A program made the position numbers and the translations under genes. The notes under the pieces were generated by a model that was not told the origin of the DNA, did not search any database, and saw only the letters and a program-made list of their open reading frames with translations. DNA of 64,000 nt from assembly GCF_009914755.1 (NCBI RefSeq), contig NC_060928.1. One strand, written 5' to 3'. Shown one piece after another: positions 1 through 14,594 of this stretch. This DNA is from the human T2T-CHM13v2.0 reference genome, Homo sapiens. Positions within the stretch are counted from its first letter, which is position 1, and every line of letters begins with the position of its first letter.

Positions 1-1036
<1,036 letters not shown>

Positions 1037-1467
1037 GATTTGCAGAACTGTCTATTTAACCCATAGACTCATGAGCAATAATAAATTATTATTGCTTTAA
1101 CCAGTGGAAAACAAAACAAAACAAAACATAAGCTTGCAAATTTTATATTCTGTAATATTTCCATGGGCTATATAACCGCAGGAAGGGCAAACTATATCTT
1201 TATAGAATAAATTGTAGACTGGAAGAGTAATGAAAAAAACTGAGAGGAGTGTAACAAAATAATTAAAGGCTTAGAAAACAATATCCATGGAGCAACTAAC
1301 AGAATCGTATTCATCGCCTTTGGTGAAATGGCTGTTAGTGATTACAAACCGTGATTACAAAGGAAGACATGTTCTATATTGGGGAGTGACAAGCTGTTAA
1401 CTGATGCAGAAAAATCACAAAACAAGACCTGAAAGCTTTAAAAGAAATACTTATCTAATATCCCTAA

Positions 1468-1773
<306 letters not shown>

Positions 1774-2024
1774 TAAATGGGGATTTTCAAAAAGCCAAAG
1801 TCATTTATAAGAAAGGCAGTGAATTTGAATGAAAAATACATTGAACCAGTTGGAAGTCAGAAGGTCTGAGTTCTCTGTGGACACTGCCGCTGCCTCACTT
1901 GTGATCCTTCATGCATCCTGTTGCCTCCGCAGATGAGCGTTTACTCATCTTCATAGTGAAATAGCGGACTAAGAGATCACCACTACTCCATCAGCATGAC
2001 GTGCATCGTCATGGTGAGATCCTT

Positions 2025-2560
2025 CCTACCCAGTATGGCAGGGCCTCTGCCAGTTGCTTTCTCCAGCATATTTCTTTCCATTCCTTCTTAGAAACAAATC
2101 CTGATACCTTCAGCTGGGCATTTTTCCTGGAATAAAAGACGACACTTCTGAGTTTTCTTGTGGCATAGTGTGGTCATGTAGCTATGGTCTGGTAAGTGAG
2201 ATGGAAGCAGACAAGTTGCATAGGACTCTTCGGAAGGTGACTTAAAGGGAGCTTACTCAGCTTCAGGGGTGCCTTTTTGTCTTACTTTTTCTCCGTTAGG
2301 CCCAAAAGTCAGATGTCCTGGCTTAAGCTGCTGAAGCCACCTTGGACCATGAGTGATCTTGAGAATGGAAGCCACTGTCTAGATGTTGGAACAAAGACAA
2401 TGGCCTGGGCCTCCCTGATGACACCGCAGAGTCACCGTATGTGTCCTGGAGTACTTGCTCTCTGCTTCTTTTTCATGAGAGATAAGTACATTTTTATCTT
2501 CTTTAGGCCACTGCTATATTTTTCCCGTTAAACACAGCTATATCCAATCCTAACTGGTTC
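2025..2560. mobile_element. Old MaLR LTR remnant (MLT1-like)
   Basis: MLT1-like phrases (tgtggtcatgt..., gccaccttggaccatgag, tccaatcctaactg). Highly diverged, approximate limits. Confidence 0.5.
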
Positions 2561-2594
2561 AACCTATAAAATGTGATTATTTCTTGTTTTAAGA

Positions 2595-2830
2595 TAACTA
2601 TAGCTACCAATTATTTTGCACTTAGTAGCTGCCAGACACTGTACTAAGTGTTTTATGGGTGTCACCTTATCTAATTTGCACAACAAGAATACTTACAAGG
2701 TAGGTATTATTATCTATAATTTACAAATGAGAAAATGGAGGCTTAGAAAGCTTACATAGTATCTACAGGGTCATATTGAAAAAAGCAGAGTTCTAAACCA
2801 GGTTGGGATGACCCCAAAACTTGTTCTAAT
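2595..2830 (-). mobile_element. MIR remnant
   Basis: gtaggtattattat...tttacaaatgagaaaatggaggcttagaaag matches the MIR core. Confidence 0.7.
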
Positions 2831-4186
2831 CTTAATCACTGTTATCAGTGTAATGCAGTTATTATCCTCTGTGGGTAAAAGATGCTATTCCTGATTCACT
2901 CACGGCAATACGAAATATACAAGGAGCACAGTGTTGGCTAATATTTCTAGAGACTCTTACGGAATTGTCAAGATGTAGACAACTTTATGTCCAATCTGCT
3001 CCCTGAACAAGATTGACAACAAAGACCCGGCTTGCCTTCTGTATCACAGATGACAACTATCCCCAAACCTTACCTAGGTTGTCAAACATTCACCTTTATA
3101 AGAGATTTGCAAACAGAAATAACACTGACTGCAAAACTGATGGCGGGGATTAAATAAGAGGATATATGTAAAATGCATAGAAGAAAATCAGGTACACAGT
3201 AAATGCTTGATGAATGGTACCTGACGGCACCATTATTTAAGGGATCCACAGTGAGACTGTGAAAATTTTCAGGAGTCAGAAATATTAGGTTCAACCACAA
3301 CCTCTGCAACTTGCTAGTTATGTGAACATTGTTCAGTCATTTAACTTTTTGGCTTCTAATTTTCTGAGGAATACATTATTTATATAACAGAATTGTAATT
3401 GGGGATAAAGCCTTTCCAGTCCCCATCCCAGTGCCTGACGCATTTTAGAATCCCAGCCAATGAAATTCTTCTCACTATTATTCTCACAGAATTCTAATGA
3501 ACATACTACCAACAGTGATTTTCTCCTTGGCCCATTAACCACACGGAAGGGAGTATTCGCTGTGGAGTGCCTCTGTAGCTGAGGGCCCCTGGCGCGTGGT
3601 TTCATCAGAGGCAGACAGCTGCGTGAGTCACTGTGGTGGGCAGTGTGCTGGGCCACCCTGCGGGTCCTGCCAGAGTGCTGTGGAATTCAAGTTTGTCTTC
3701 TCCAGTTTTAGTCTCTGCACGTGCGTTGGTCTCCTTTCTGCCCCTACAGTGTGGCCAAGGCCATTCCAGCCTCAGGAGGGCAAGAGGAGGCCTGTTGGAT
3801 GCATCCTGAAAACACAGGCCATCACTGTGGGTGAGATCTACCAGGACAGATGCCATTCTGCAAAGTGGGTACTTTCCATGAGAATCCATCCATGTTTTTC
3901 TCTTATTCCTTCTCTTGGCAGATTTTCACTCTTTTCACAACCTTGTTTCATAGACATCAAACAATAACACAGCACAGAAGGAAAACAAGGGTCTTCTTAT
4001 ACAAATACCATGTATTTAATTCTGGCACTCATGATTTATTTATATCAGAAAGTCATCTTAAATTTTTAGGAGCTCACAACATTCAAAACCTCACACAAAT
4101 TTCTAAACTAGTAGAGATGTCTCTGCATCTCCCACTACTTTCTTCTGCATGTCAAGTTTCACTTTAGGTTAGAATAGTCATATATA

Positions 4187-4320
4187 CCCGTTGATGGGTG
4201 CAGCAAACCACCATGGCACATGTATAGCTACGTAACAAACCTGCACATTCCGCACATGTATCCCAGAACTTAAAGTAAAATAAAAATAAAAAAATCACAA
4301 CATTGGAAAGCCAAAAAAAA
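4187..4320 (+). mobile_element. Severely 5'-truncated L1PA (L1PA7/8-like) 3' stub with TSD
   Basis: gttgatgggtgcagcaaaccaccatggcacatgtat...gaacttaaagtaaaataaaaa. TSD aatag(t/c)catatata at 4173-4186 and 4320-4333. Confidence 0.9.
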
Positions 4321-6880
4321 ATAGCCATATATAAACTTTTTCATCTTAAAATCCATTTTACTCCTAACTGTCAAGGAAAAACAGATGGTTCTAAACTCCT
4401 CCTTCTAGGCTCCTAGTGGTAAAGCAATTTGCAGGACAACCATGGAAGAAAGGTGCCCGCCTTCTCTAAGCTGACATGGCCCTGCTCCCTCCCTCAGTCT
4501 GTAGCCTCAGGAGGGGACTGCTTTGCCTGTGAGTGGGAGGGAGCTACCGTGTGAGTAGTTCCCAACAGACCATCTGAAGTCATTTTCCCAGGTGGCAGGA
4601 GAAACACAGAGCCAGACGTTACACTGCTTTTCAAAGAGGTAAGCTCTTTTTTTTTAACTGCTATTTAAAACTCCAAACAAAAATGAAGCTGTGGATGCAT
4701 GCAAGAATGAAGCCTAAGCAAAAATAACTCTTCAAAAAGGAAGCAGGTTTTTTGGAGAGGGTGTGTGTGTGAGGGCGGGGCGGGGGCGAGTCCTTCAATG
4801 TGGTTTTGAAATTAAGGTCCATGTTCTGTGATAATAAGCTATGTATCAATGAGAAAGGCTGAGATTATGACAAGAGGAAAAGGAGTAAAGGATTTGGCGG
4901 TTTAATCACGTTTCTATTCTTTTTTATATCTGCATCTTCTTTGAATGCAAGTATCAAGTTCTGTTTGGCTTTTGTGGAAAGCCATTTCCGAAGACCTGCC
5001 TTACTTGACTGTTTCTCCCTCTCTGGCTCTCCTGTTACCAACGTCCTAGAGTTGCCTCTGCTGCCCCAGCGAGGATGGCGACACAAACAGCGGTGGTGTC
5101 AGCGGACAGCGGTGGTGTCAGCGGTGACCGAGGCAGGGCCGAGACTCCAGGGCCCTTCGGGTTCAAGCTGTGCCCCCTCGCGCAGTTCAGCACCTGCCAG
5201 CACTTCCAAGTGTGTGATTGTCACGCTTGCCTGATTACTCCTTCCTTTGGGCTCCCATAGCAATTTGTACATTACTGTGGAATTGATCAAATTGCTTTAT
5301 AACTAGCTGTTTATGTGTCTTTAATCTGTGTCATTTTGGATGGCAGGAAATGCTCTTTCGGTAATTTTTTTGTCCACACTGACTGGAATACTGGTTGGCA
5401 CATAGTAGGTATTCAACAGTTTTTTATCGAGGGAATGAAAGCTCTCTAAACCACAGCAATCATTTGTAGACAAAGACTCTTAGGGTGTAATGTGATTTAA
5501 CATCTGATTTTTGGAAAATAGTTACTGAGATCATTCCGACAATAATAGAGTGCAATACCCTACCTTGAATAAAGGATATTTTACTCCTTTAGTGTGACAT
5601 ATAGGTGTTTGTTAAGCCCAGAGATTAACTTCCTTTACGACATGGCTGAGCTGGCCCAGCGGTCCATGTCAGGATGTGGTGCCCTGGTTTACTCCAGGTT
5701 CATAGCAAATCATTTTTCCTCTATGAAACCTCTTTCAGATGATCTTTGGAGCCTGTATCATATGTGCAGGGTCAAAAAACGGGCTGGATACAGTGTTCCA
5801 CTTCCAGGGAGCATCTCTAGTTTGAGCCCAGACCACCAACCCCCAGCAAGGCCCTAATCCATACAGTTAAATCCTTGGTAGTGACTTTGTCAGTTTCCAC
5901 CTCTGGATCTTTAAGGAAGCAGCACTTCCTGAATGTGGCATTGCTTTGTGGAGACAGTGACTGAGTAAGTTAGGGGTGATCCTTGCTACTGCTGGTGAGC
6001 CAGGCACCCAGAGAGAGTCTACCACTTGCTGCGTGAGCCTGGCCTGTGCTTTGTCCACCAAGCTGGTCTAAGCGGACTCACAGAAGGCAGAGGTATTGTG
6101 GAAGCTCTGATGACTGCCCCATCTCTCCTTTAGGACAGAAGCACTTACTCCACCAGCTTCTTGGAATGTTGGCAGCTGAAGGGGTGGCAAGCCTTTGCTG
6201 TAGCTACACCACAATTCAACTCCTTTGTCTACCCAATCCCACTTCCTTCAGTTCTCCATGGGTATTGATCTGGAGAGAAACTCTCAAACTTTCTTCTTGC
6301 AAATTTAACCTCAGCTCCGTTTCTTGGAGAACCTCACCTAAGACAGGTGGCAACTCTAACCCTCCTGCATACCTAAACTTACTGATAGATTTAGGGAATA
6401 AGAGAGGGAGACAGAGAATGAAGCTGATATCATCTAGACTCATGACAACTAGTTCTGCAGACTCATGTTCATCTGGGGCACTGACTCTCCCAGTTAGCAG
6501 GAGGACTCTAACACCAGCTTTTGCCTAAACCCTAGCCTCTTATAAGCTACAATCATTTAGTCACGACCATAGGGAACTTCCCGGACTGAGGTCTATAAAG
6601 CATTCATAAAAATTCAGATCTTCAGGAATCATAGCAGGATAGTAAAAAGGCAAAACTTTTACCTTTAAGGAAACTCAGATTCAAATTCTTGCTCCTGCAA
6701 TTATGAGATAATAACACCAGGTTGCTTATGTTGTCATCCCAATGTTCAGTGTCATCTGTGAATGATAACAAAAGCCACCTCAAATAACTCTTGTGAGGTT
6801 TAAGAGAAAATTATGCGAGACTTAAAATACAATCCGTGATATATAAGAACACACTGGATTTTTTAAATTGAGAGATTCTA

Positions 6881-7202
<322 letters not shown>

Positions 7203-7624
7203 TTAGCCCTTGTTTAAAGACTGTGCAACAGGCTTAATAACCCCCATTTCAAATTATTTAATTTTCAGAATTTTTTATGATAGAAAACCATTCTAGCTTA
7301 CCAAACGTCTTCTGTAATAGCTTCTGCTCCTTTCTGCTTCATGGCTATCCATGCTTTCTATGATGTTCTACTAACTCACTGAATATTTTTTTAAATTTAG
7401 AGTTATGAAGACTTATTCCAATCCTTAGTGAATTAACCAAACTCTGAAGAGAATATTTTCATCTCTGTTCAGTGGGTTCTGTCTGATCCAGGAAAAAAAA
7501 AAAAAAGTTTTCTGATGGAACTCATCAAGAGCAGCCTTTATCCCTGCCTTCCCTGGCTCCGAATGTTGTGTTGCTTTTAAAGCAGTCAAACACATGAAAA
7601 CCAGACTTTTCTTAGAGCTCTAGA

Positions 7625-8005
7625 ACTTCCTTCGTGGTACTCAAGGCTTCCTGGGAATTCCTTCGTCGTTCTCAAGGCTGTCCTGGAGCTTCCTTCATGG
7701 TACCCAGGGCTTCCTGGAGCTTCCTTCGTGGTACCCAGGGCCGTCCCGGGGCTTCCTTCATGGTTCTCAGGGCCGTCCCGGGGCTTCCTTCGTGGGGAGC
7801 TTCCTTCGTGGTACCCAGGGCCGTCCCGGGGCTTCCTTCGTGGTTCTCAGGGCCGTCCCGGGGCTTCCTTCGTGGTTCTCAGGGCCGTACTGGGGCTTCC
7901 TTCATGGGGAGCTTCCTTCGTGGTACCCAGGGCCGTCCCGAGGCTTCCTTCGTGGTACCCAGGGCCGTCCCGGGACTTCTTCGTGGTACTCAAGACTGTC
8001 CTGGG
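7625..8005. repeat. GC/CpG-rich minisatellite, 31-32 bp unit (gggcttccttcgtggtacccagggccgtcccg), about 11 units plus two 16-bp half-units
   Basis: The cttc(c)ttc core recurs 13 times. Half-units at ~7784 and ~7896 are 112 bp apart. Confidence 0.95.
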
Positions 8006-8129
8006 CACACGGTTTCTGTGCTCGGACACCCAATGCCTGAACTCAGCATCTGACACAGTTCCTGGGTTTCCAAGTGAGCAAACGCTTTCTCTTTGCTCTT
8101 GGGCATGAGGTCACAGCCTTCTCCTTTCC

Positions 8130-8909
8130 CGTCAGGACCGCATTCCCAGGTTTTCTCCATTTCTCTTTAAAGGAAAGTCGTCCGCGTTGCTTCCTGACCT
8201 GGAGTGTTTAGCCGCGGAAGACACTGGCCTCCTCTGGAGTCGCTGTGCAGAGCTGCGTCTTCTTCCCCCTGCACAGCGACAGCGCAGACTTGCTTCCCCC
8301 CATTCCCAACAGGCACCTTTTCTCTTTCAAAGGTCCCACATATACGACTTACAAGGCAGTAAAAGGGTAATATGTGTGCCAGTACCTTTCAGGTGAAGTG
8401 GCAAATAGGAGGGCGATAAGGGTTAAATACTTACCTGCGGCGGAACGCTGCAGTTTTTATTCGTTTACATAAACGAATACAATGTATATATTAGCTCCTG
8501 CATACGCGGGGAAAAGTGAGGGAAGAGGAGCGGGAGAGGTGGCGGCTGTGGGAGCGGAGCGAGCAGGTTCCCGGGAGGCTGCAGCACAGAGGCCCCACGC
8601 AGGCGGGCTCCCCGCGCTCGGCTCCCGCCTCCTCCCGGCCGTTCTCTGTTCTTGCACTTGGCCGCGCACGGACGCGCATCTCTCCTCGCTGCCGGTGGCC
8701 ATGCAGAAAGCTGGCTTAGTCTCCATCCTAGGTCCGCATCTCAGTTTTTTTGTTTGTTTTTGTCTTTTTTTTTTTTTTGTCACAAACCGAAGTGGGGAAA
8801 ACATTTGTTGGAGTTCGTTTTTTTTCACAAGGTCAGTGTGTGCCCATTACCCACTGGGAGGAGGACAATTTGAGCACACGATCACATTGAATGAGAAGAC
8901 GAAAGACGT

Positions 8910-8930
<21 letters not shown>
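8130..8930. promoter_or_regulatory. CpG island / probable promoter
   Basis: Dense undepleted CpG and high GC content outside any repeat. GC-box-like ggcggg/cccgcc motifs and a poly(T) tract at 8745-8778 on the upstream side. Confidence 0.85.
8435..8700 (-). other. Probable non-coding first exon of a minus-strand gene (5' end approximate, gene not identified)
   Basis: Consensus donor on the minus strand, CCGCCGCAG|GTAAGTATTT (plus strand acttac at 8429-8434), inside the CpG island. The ATG-initiated frames I traced stop before the donor. Confidence 0.7.
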
Positions 8931-9243
<313 letters not shown>

Positions 9244-10987
9244 GAAAGACATAATGTCGTAATGATGATGGACAATTCCAGTAATTAAAATTATTTTAGA
9301 AAAGCATTGATTTCTTTTAAATTAAAATATGCCCAGAAGCTTATATTTTATATGTATATTCAAATAACTTTTTGGTTATTCAGTCTTCTTTGTTTTAAAA
9401 CACTTGTGAGCTGACTTTTCTATTTATACAGGAGGATGTTCTATATCTCAGAACAATAATTGCGAATGCCATATAAATACTTTAAATTTACAAGAGTATC
9501 TCTCACTAGCTAACCTACAATTCCTTTAGTGCAATAGCTGGGGAAAAGAGTAGGATTCTAGGGAAAACAGTTCTTGGTTTTAACTTCATTATGTTCTGCA
9601 GCTTTATTATCATTGAAATTCTCCAAATTAAAATGCAAAAGCTCAGCTTCTTGGCTGGGCTGCTTACTTAACCTTAATAAAATATAAGGGTCTGTTTCAT
9701 TAATCAGAAATGCACCAGACACAGTGCATAAATTTTATCTTCCACTTTGTCCTTTGTATTTCAGAATGATAATAATAATAATAAAATCTTGGGTTTGGCA
9801 GGACAATCATGTTCTCTTTGTTTCTATCATGTTTCTATGTAAAATAGATTTCTCAGACAGACTAAATGCCTTAAGGGGTAAAAATTCCTATGATCCTGTT
9901 CTCTGGAAATCTTTAAAAATAGAATAAACTTTCCTTTGTCTGGGTGTGGTTTAAGCACAGGCCATGTTTGGCAGAAGGATTGTTTAACTGACCTGCTGAT
10001 GTTGCTTTAAGCTGCATGATCACTTGGATGAATTTTCCCTTAATCCTTGCCAGATTTAATTTATCACAACAATACTTGTTTTATAGATGTTGTAAAACAA
10101 AAGTCGGGTGCAATCTTCTTTTTCATTGTAAAGTAATACAACAGTTTATTTCTCAAATTGGAGAAAGTAAAATTAAATCAGGAACATGTATGATGTGTTT
10201 TCCTTCCTCAGATGTCTCCTGAAGGAAAGTGAAATGTGCTAAATAGCATGCCATTTAAGACAATATCTTTTCAGACAACTGGACCAAATCAGCAAAACAG
10301 AACCATGTGTTCCATCAGGGCCGCCTTCACGTTGTGCCGTGCATCTGAGGCTGGGCATCTGGACGGAGGGAGGAGACTGACCACGCGGAAGTGTGCTGGT
10401 GGGCGCTGGGGGGACAGCCAGTGGGACGGGGTGGAGAAGTGGTTTCACAGGTGTGCTTACCCCGTGTCAGTACAGCCCCCGTTGTGCATGCGTCATTCTA
10501 TCCTCTTCCCAGACGTGCCGTCCAGTCCCCCTGCCTGGAGTGATGTGTTATGAAAGTCTTCACTTTCCTAAGAAGCCCCAAAGAAAAGCATAAGGTTATC
10601 ATTCAGCACATCAATCACTAGCACACACGCGCCCATGCACACACAGAGAGAAGGCGTAACAATGGGTCAGGTTTTTAAAACCAGATTTCATGTATAGTTA
10701 AATTCAAAGTCATATTTTCAAGCATTGACCAATTCTTTTTTCTCTTAAGAGAGACTCCAAAGTTTCTTTTTAACAGTTAAGCTTTATTGGGGTATTGTTC
10801 ATTTACCTGAAAATACACTCGTTATAGGCATCTAAATCAATGCTTTTTAGTGACTTTATAGAATTATATAACCATCACTACCATCCCATTGTATAATGTT
10901 TCCATCACTCCAGGAAGTTCCCTGGGCCCATTTGCGGTCAATTTCCTCTCCTCTCCTCAGTTCCAGGCGAGCACTAACTGCTTTCTG

Positions 10988-11689
10988 CTCTATACTTTTT
11001 CTAAACATTTTACATAAAAATCACACCATGCAATATAAGGTCTTTGCGAATACGTTGTTTCCTTACTCTATACTTTTTCTAAACATTTTACATAAAAATC
11101 ACACCATGCAATATAAGGTCTTTGCGAATACGTTGTTTCCTTACTCTATACTTTTTCTAAACATTTTACATAAAAATCACACCATGCAATATAAGGTCTT
11201 TGCGAATACATTGTTTCCTTACTCTATACTTTTTCTAAACATTTTACATAAAAATCACACCATGCAATATAAGGTCTTTGCGAATGCGTTGTTTCCTTAC
11301 TCTATACTTTTTCTAAACATTTTACATAAAAATCACACCATGCAATATAAGGTCTTTGCGAATGCGTTGTTTCCTTACTCTATACTTTTTCTAAACATTT
11401 TACATAAAAATCACACCATGCAATATAAGGTCTTTGCGAATGCGTTGTTTCCTTACTCTATACTTTTTCTAAACATTTTACATAAAAATCACACCATGCA
11501 ATATAAGGTCTTTGCGAATACGTTGTTTCCTTGCTCTATACTTTTTCTAAACATTTTACATAAAAATCACACCATGCAATATAAGGTCTTTGCGAATACG
11601 TTGTTTCCTTACTCTATACTTTTTCTAAACATTTTACATAAAAATCACACCATGCAATATAAGGTCTTTGCGAATACGTTGTTTCCTTA
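10988..11689. repeat. Minisatellite, 78 bp x 9 near-identical copies
   Basis: Unit ctctatactttttctaaacattttacataaaaatcacaccatgcaatataaggtctttgcgaatacgttgtttcctta, with only three variant positions among copies. Confidence 0.98.
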
Positions 11690-12086
11690 GCATAATGGTT
11701 TGAGGTTCATCTGTGTTGAAGCCTGTGTCTGTGGTTGGTGCCTTTTTATTGCCTAGTAGTGTTTCAAAATATGAGTATATACTTTTTTTCCCAAAATAAT
11801 TTTCTGGTTGATAGACATTTGGCTTGTTTCTACTTTTGGCTATTATGTACATGCTGTTTGTGAATATACACATACAGGTCTTTGAGTAAACATAGGTTCT
11901 CATTTCTTTTGGGTAGGCAGGTACTCAAGAATGGAATTCCTGTGTCATATGCTAAGTTTGTGTGTAACTTCTTTTTAAGAAACAGATATTGTTTTCCAAA
12001 ACAACTGTATCACTTGACATCTCATCAGCAACATATGAGAGTTTCAGTTTCTCCACATCCTTGCTAACACTTGTTATTGTCTGAAA

Positions 12087-12398
12087 TTTTTTTTCTTTTT
12101 CTTTTTTTTTTTTTTTGAGACACAGTTTCACTCCATTGCCCAGGCCAGAGTGCAGTGGCTCGGTCTTGGCTCACTGCAGCCTCTGCCTCCCGGGTTCAAG
12201 CGATTCTACTGCCTCAGCCTCCTGAGTAGCTGGGATTACAGGCACGTGCCACCACACCTGGCTAATTTTTGTATTTTTAGTACAGATGGGGTTTCACCAT
12301 GTTGGTCAGACTGGTCTCAAACTCCTGAGCTCAAGTGATCTGCCCGCCTCAGGCTCTCAAAGTGCTGAGGTTACAGGTGTGAGCCATGGCGCCTGGCC
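12087..12398 (-). mobile_element. Alu (AluS-like)
   Basis: Full dimer with TSD attgtctgaa on both sides. Confidence 0.93.
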
Positions 12399-12473
12399 CA
12401 TTGTCTGAATTTTTATTATCATCATCCTAGAGGGAATGAAGTGGATGTAATTGGATTTACAATCACGCAATGA

Positions 12474-12802
<329 letters not shown>

Positions 12803-13789
12803 ATTGAGCATCTTTTCATGTACTAATAGTGCATTTGGGTATCATCTTTGGATAAATGTCTATTCAAATTATTTGCCTATTTTAATTTTTATTCTTTTTT
12901 ATTTTAAAATTGATACATAATAGATGTACATATTTTGGGGGATACATATAATATTTTGGTACATCTAAATAAACCATAGAAAGATCAAGCCATATAATAT
13001 ATAAAGATCAAGTCAGGGTTCTTTACCTATTTTTAATTTTTTAAAACATTATTGAGTTGTAGAAGTTCTTAATATATCCTGGATACAAATTTTTTATGAG
13101 ATACATATTTTAAAATATTTTCCATTAGTCCGTGGCTTGTCTTTTAATTTTAATGATGTCTCTTGAAAAGCAAAAGTTTTAACATTTTCATGAAGCCCAA
13201 TTTATCAATTTATCAGTTTTTCCTTTATAGATTATGATTTTAGGGCCACATCTAAGAAATCTTTCCTGACCCAATGTCACAGATATTTTCTCTTATCTTG
13301 CCACAAGAATTTGTATAGTTTCAGCTCTCATATTTAGGACAAGGATCCATTTTGAGTTGATTTCTAGTGTGAGATGGTATAAGATAAGGATGTAAAATTG
13401 TTGCTATTTTTGCCTATGAATATCCAATTGTTCTAGAACAATGTATTGAAAAAATTATCATTTGTCCACTGAATTATTTTGTCTCTGTGTCAAAAATCAA
13501 TTGAACATAACTATAAGGGTTTGATTCTGGACTTTCTATTCAGCTCCACTGATCTATGTGTCTATCTTTGGGTCAGTCATTTTTGCCTTGATTACTGTAG
13601 CTTTATAGCAAGTTTTGAGACTGAGAAGTGAAGGTTCTCCTACTTTGCTGTTCTTTTGTGAGTGAAGCCAAATCATTATATTAGTACTACTCCTCTCACT
13701 ATAAGCAATGGTTTAATTTCCACGCCTGAAAAAAAAATGACGAGAAAGGGGATCATCTGCAAAAGTGTTTGGGTCTTTTTATTGCTGCC

Positions 13790-14205
13790 TGTATAAGTTA
13801 GCTGTTGCTATGTAAAAAACCACCTCAAAACTAGTGGCTTAAAAGAACAACCATTGATTTAGATCCCAACTCCCCGGGTCAGCAATTTGGGATGTGCTTA
13901 GCCAAGCAATTCTCCCCGCCTCAGTCACGTGGCTGAGGTCCGTGCCCAGTCACCCTGGCAGCCCTGCTCCTGGGGTTGACTGGATGTCAGCCGGGCCATG
14001 GGGTCGCTGGGCCATGTGTTTCACATTGCCGTCAGACGAGCCTGAGCTTGTTTCCGTGGCAGCAGGGTGCCAAGAACAGCAAGAGGGAAGACTTTCCCGT
14101 CTCTGTGTCTCTTCTGCTAAGGTCCTTTTGGTGAAAGCAAGTGATGAGGCCAAGACCAGGGTCAACTTGGGAGGGCCTTCCAAAGGCGAATACAGGGACA
14201 CATGA
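13790..14205. mobile_element. MaLR LTR (MLT1-like)
   Basis: Begins tgtataagttagctgttgctatgtaaaaaaccacctcaaaactagtggcttaaaagaacaacc, a typical MLT1 terminus. Confidence 0.7.
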
Positions 14206-14516
14206 ACTCACTGAAGGCATTGCTGGGATCCATGGACCACTGCTTTTACCAACTTGCAGGAGCTGCTTTGAGAGAACCAGGTTTCTGGGCATGAGCCAAA
14301 CCAAAGTTTAAACCAAAGTTTAACAAACCCACTACTTCAAAGTGGTACTCAGTTTTGGTGGTTGGTACTTAGTTTGGCGCAGATTGCCCATAGACAGATC
14401 CCTGCATCTCTACTGATGGCTAGCCCTAGTCATCAAGGACATGGGAAAATAAAATGGTTTCTTACCATTTTCCTGAGGATCACAAAACTTTGAGGAAACC
14501 AGAAGACCCAAAAGTA

Positions 14517-14594
14517 TATCCTCAATAAAACCAATCTGGGACCCCCAACTCCATTCTATCCTCAATAAAACCAATCTGGGACCCCCAACTCCAT
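14517..14594. repeat. 40-bp tandem duplication
   Basis: tatcctcaataaaaccaatctgggacccccaactccat occurs twice identically with period 40. Confidence 0.95.

Noticed and set aside
3070-3130. Possible small minus-strand exon (donor-like CTAG|GTAAGG near 3076)
   Set aside because: Only a weak candidate acceptor and no reading-frame support.
7625-8005. CRISPR-like appearance of ~32-bp repeats (also the 36-bp repeats at 35470-35660)
   Set aside because: Units are directly tandem with no unique spacers, there are no cas genes, and the context is primate DNA.
8435-8700. Assigning a gene symbol to the CpG-island exon
   Set aside because: No coding sequence in the window and I do not recognise the UTR. 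A BLAT search is required.
10896-11690. Longest ORF in the track (264 aa)
   Set aside because: Product of a stop-free 78-bp tandem unit in an L1 relic, with no splice or promoter support.
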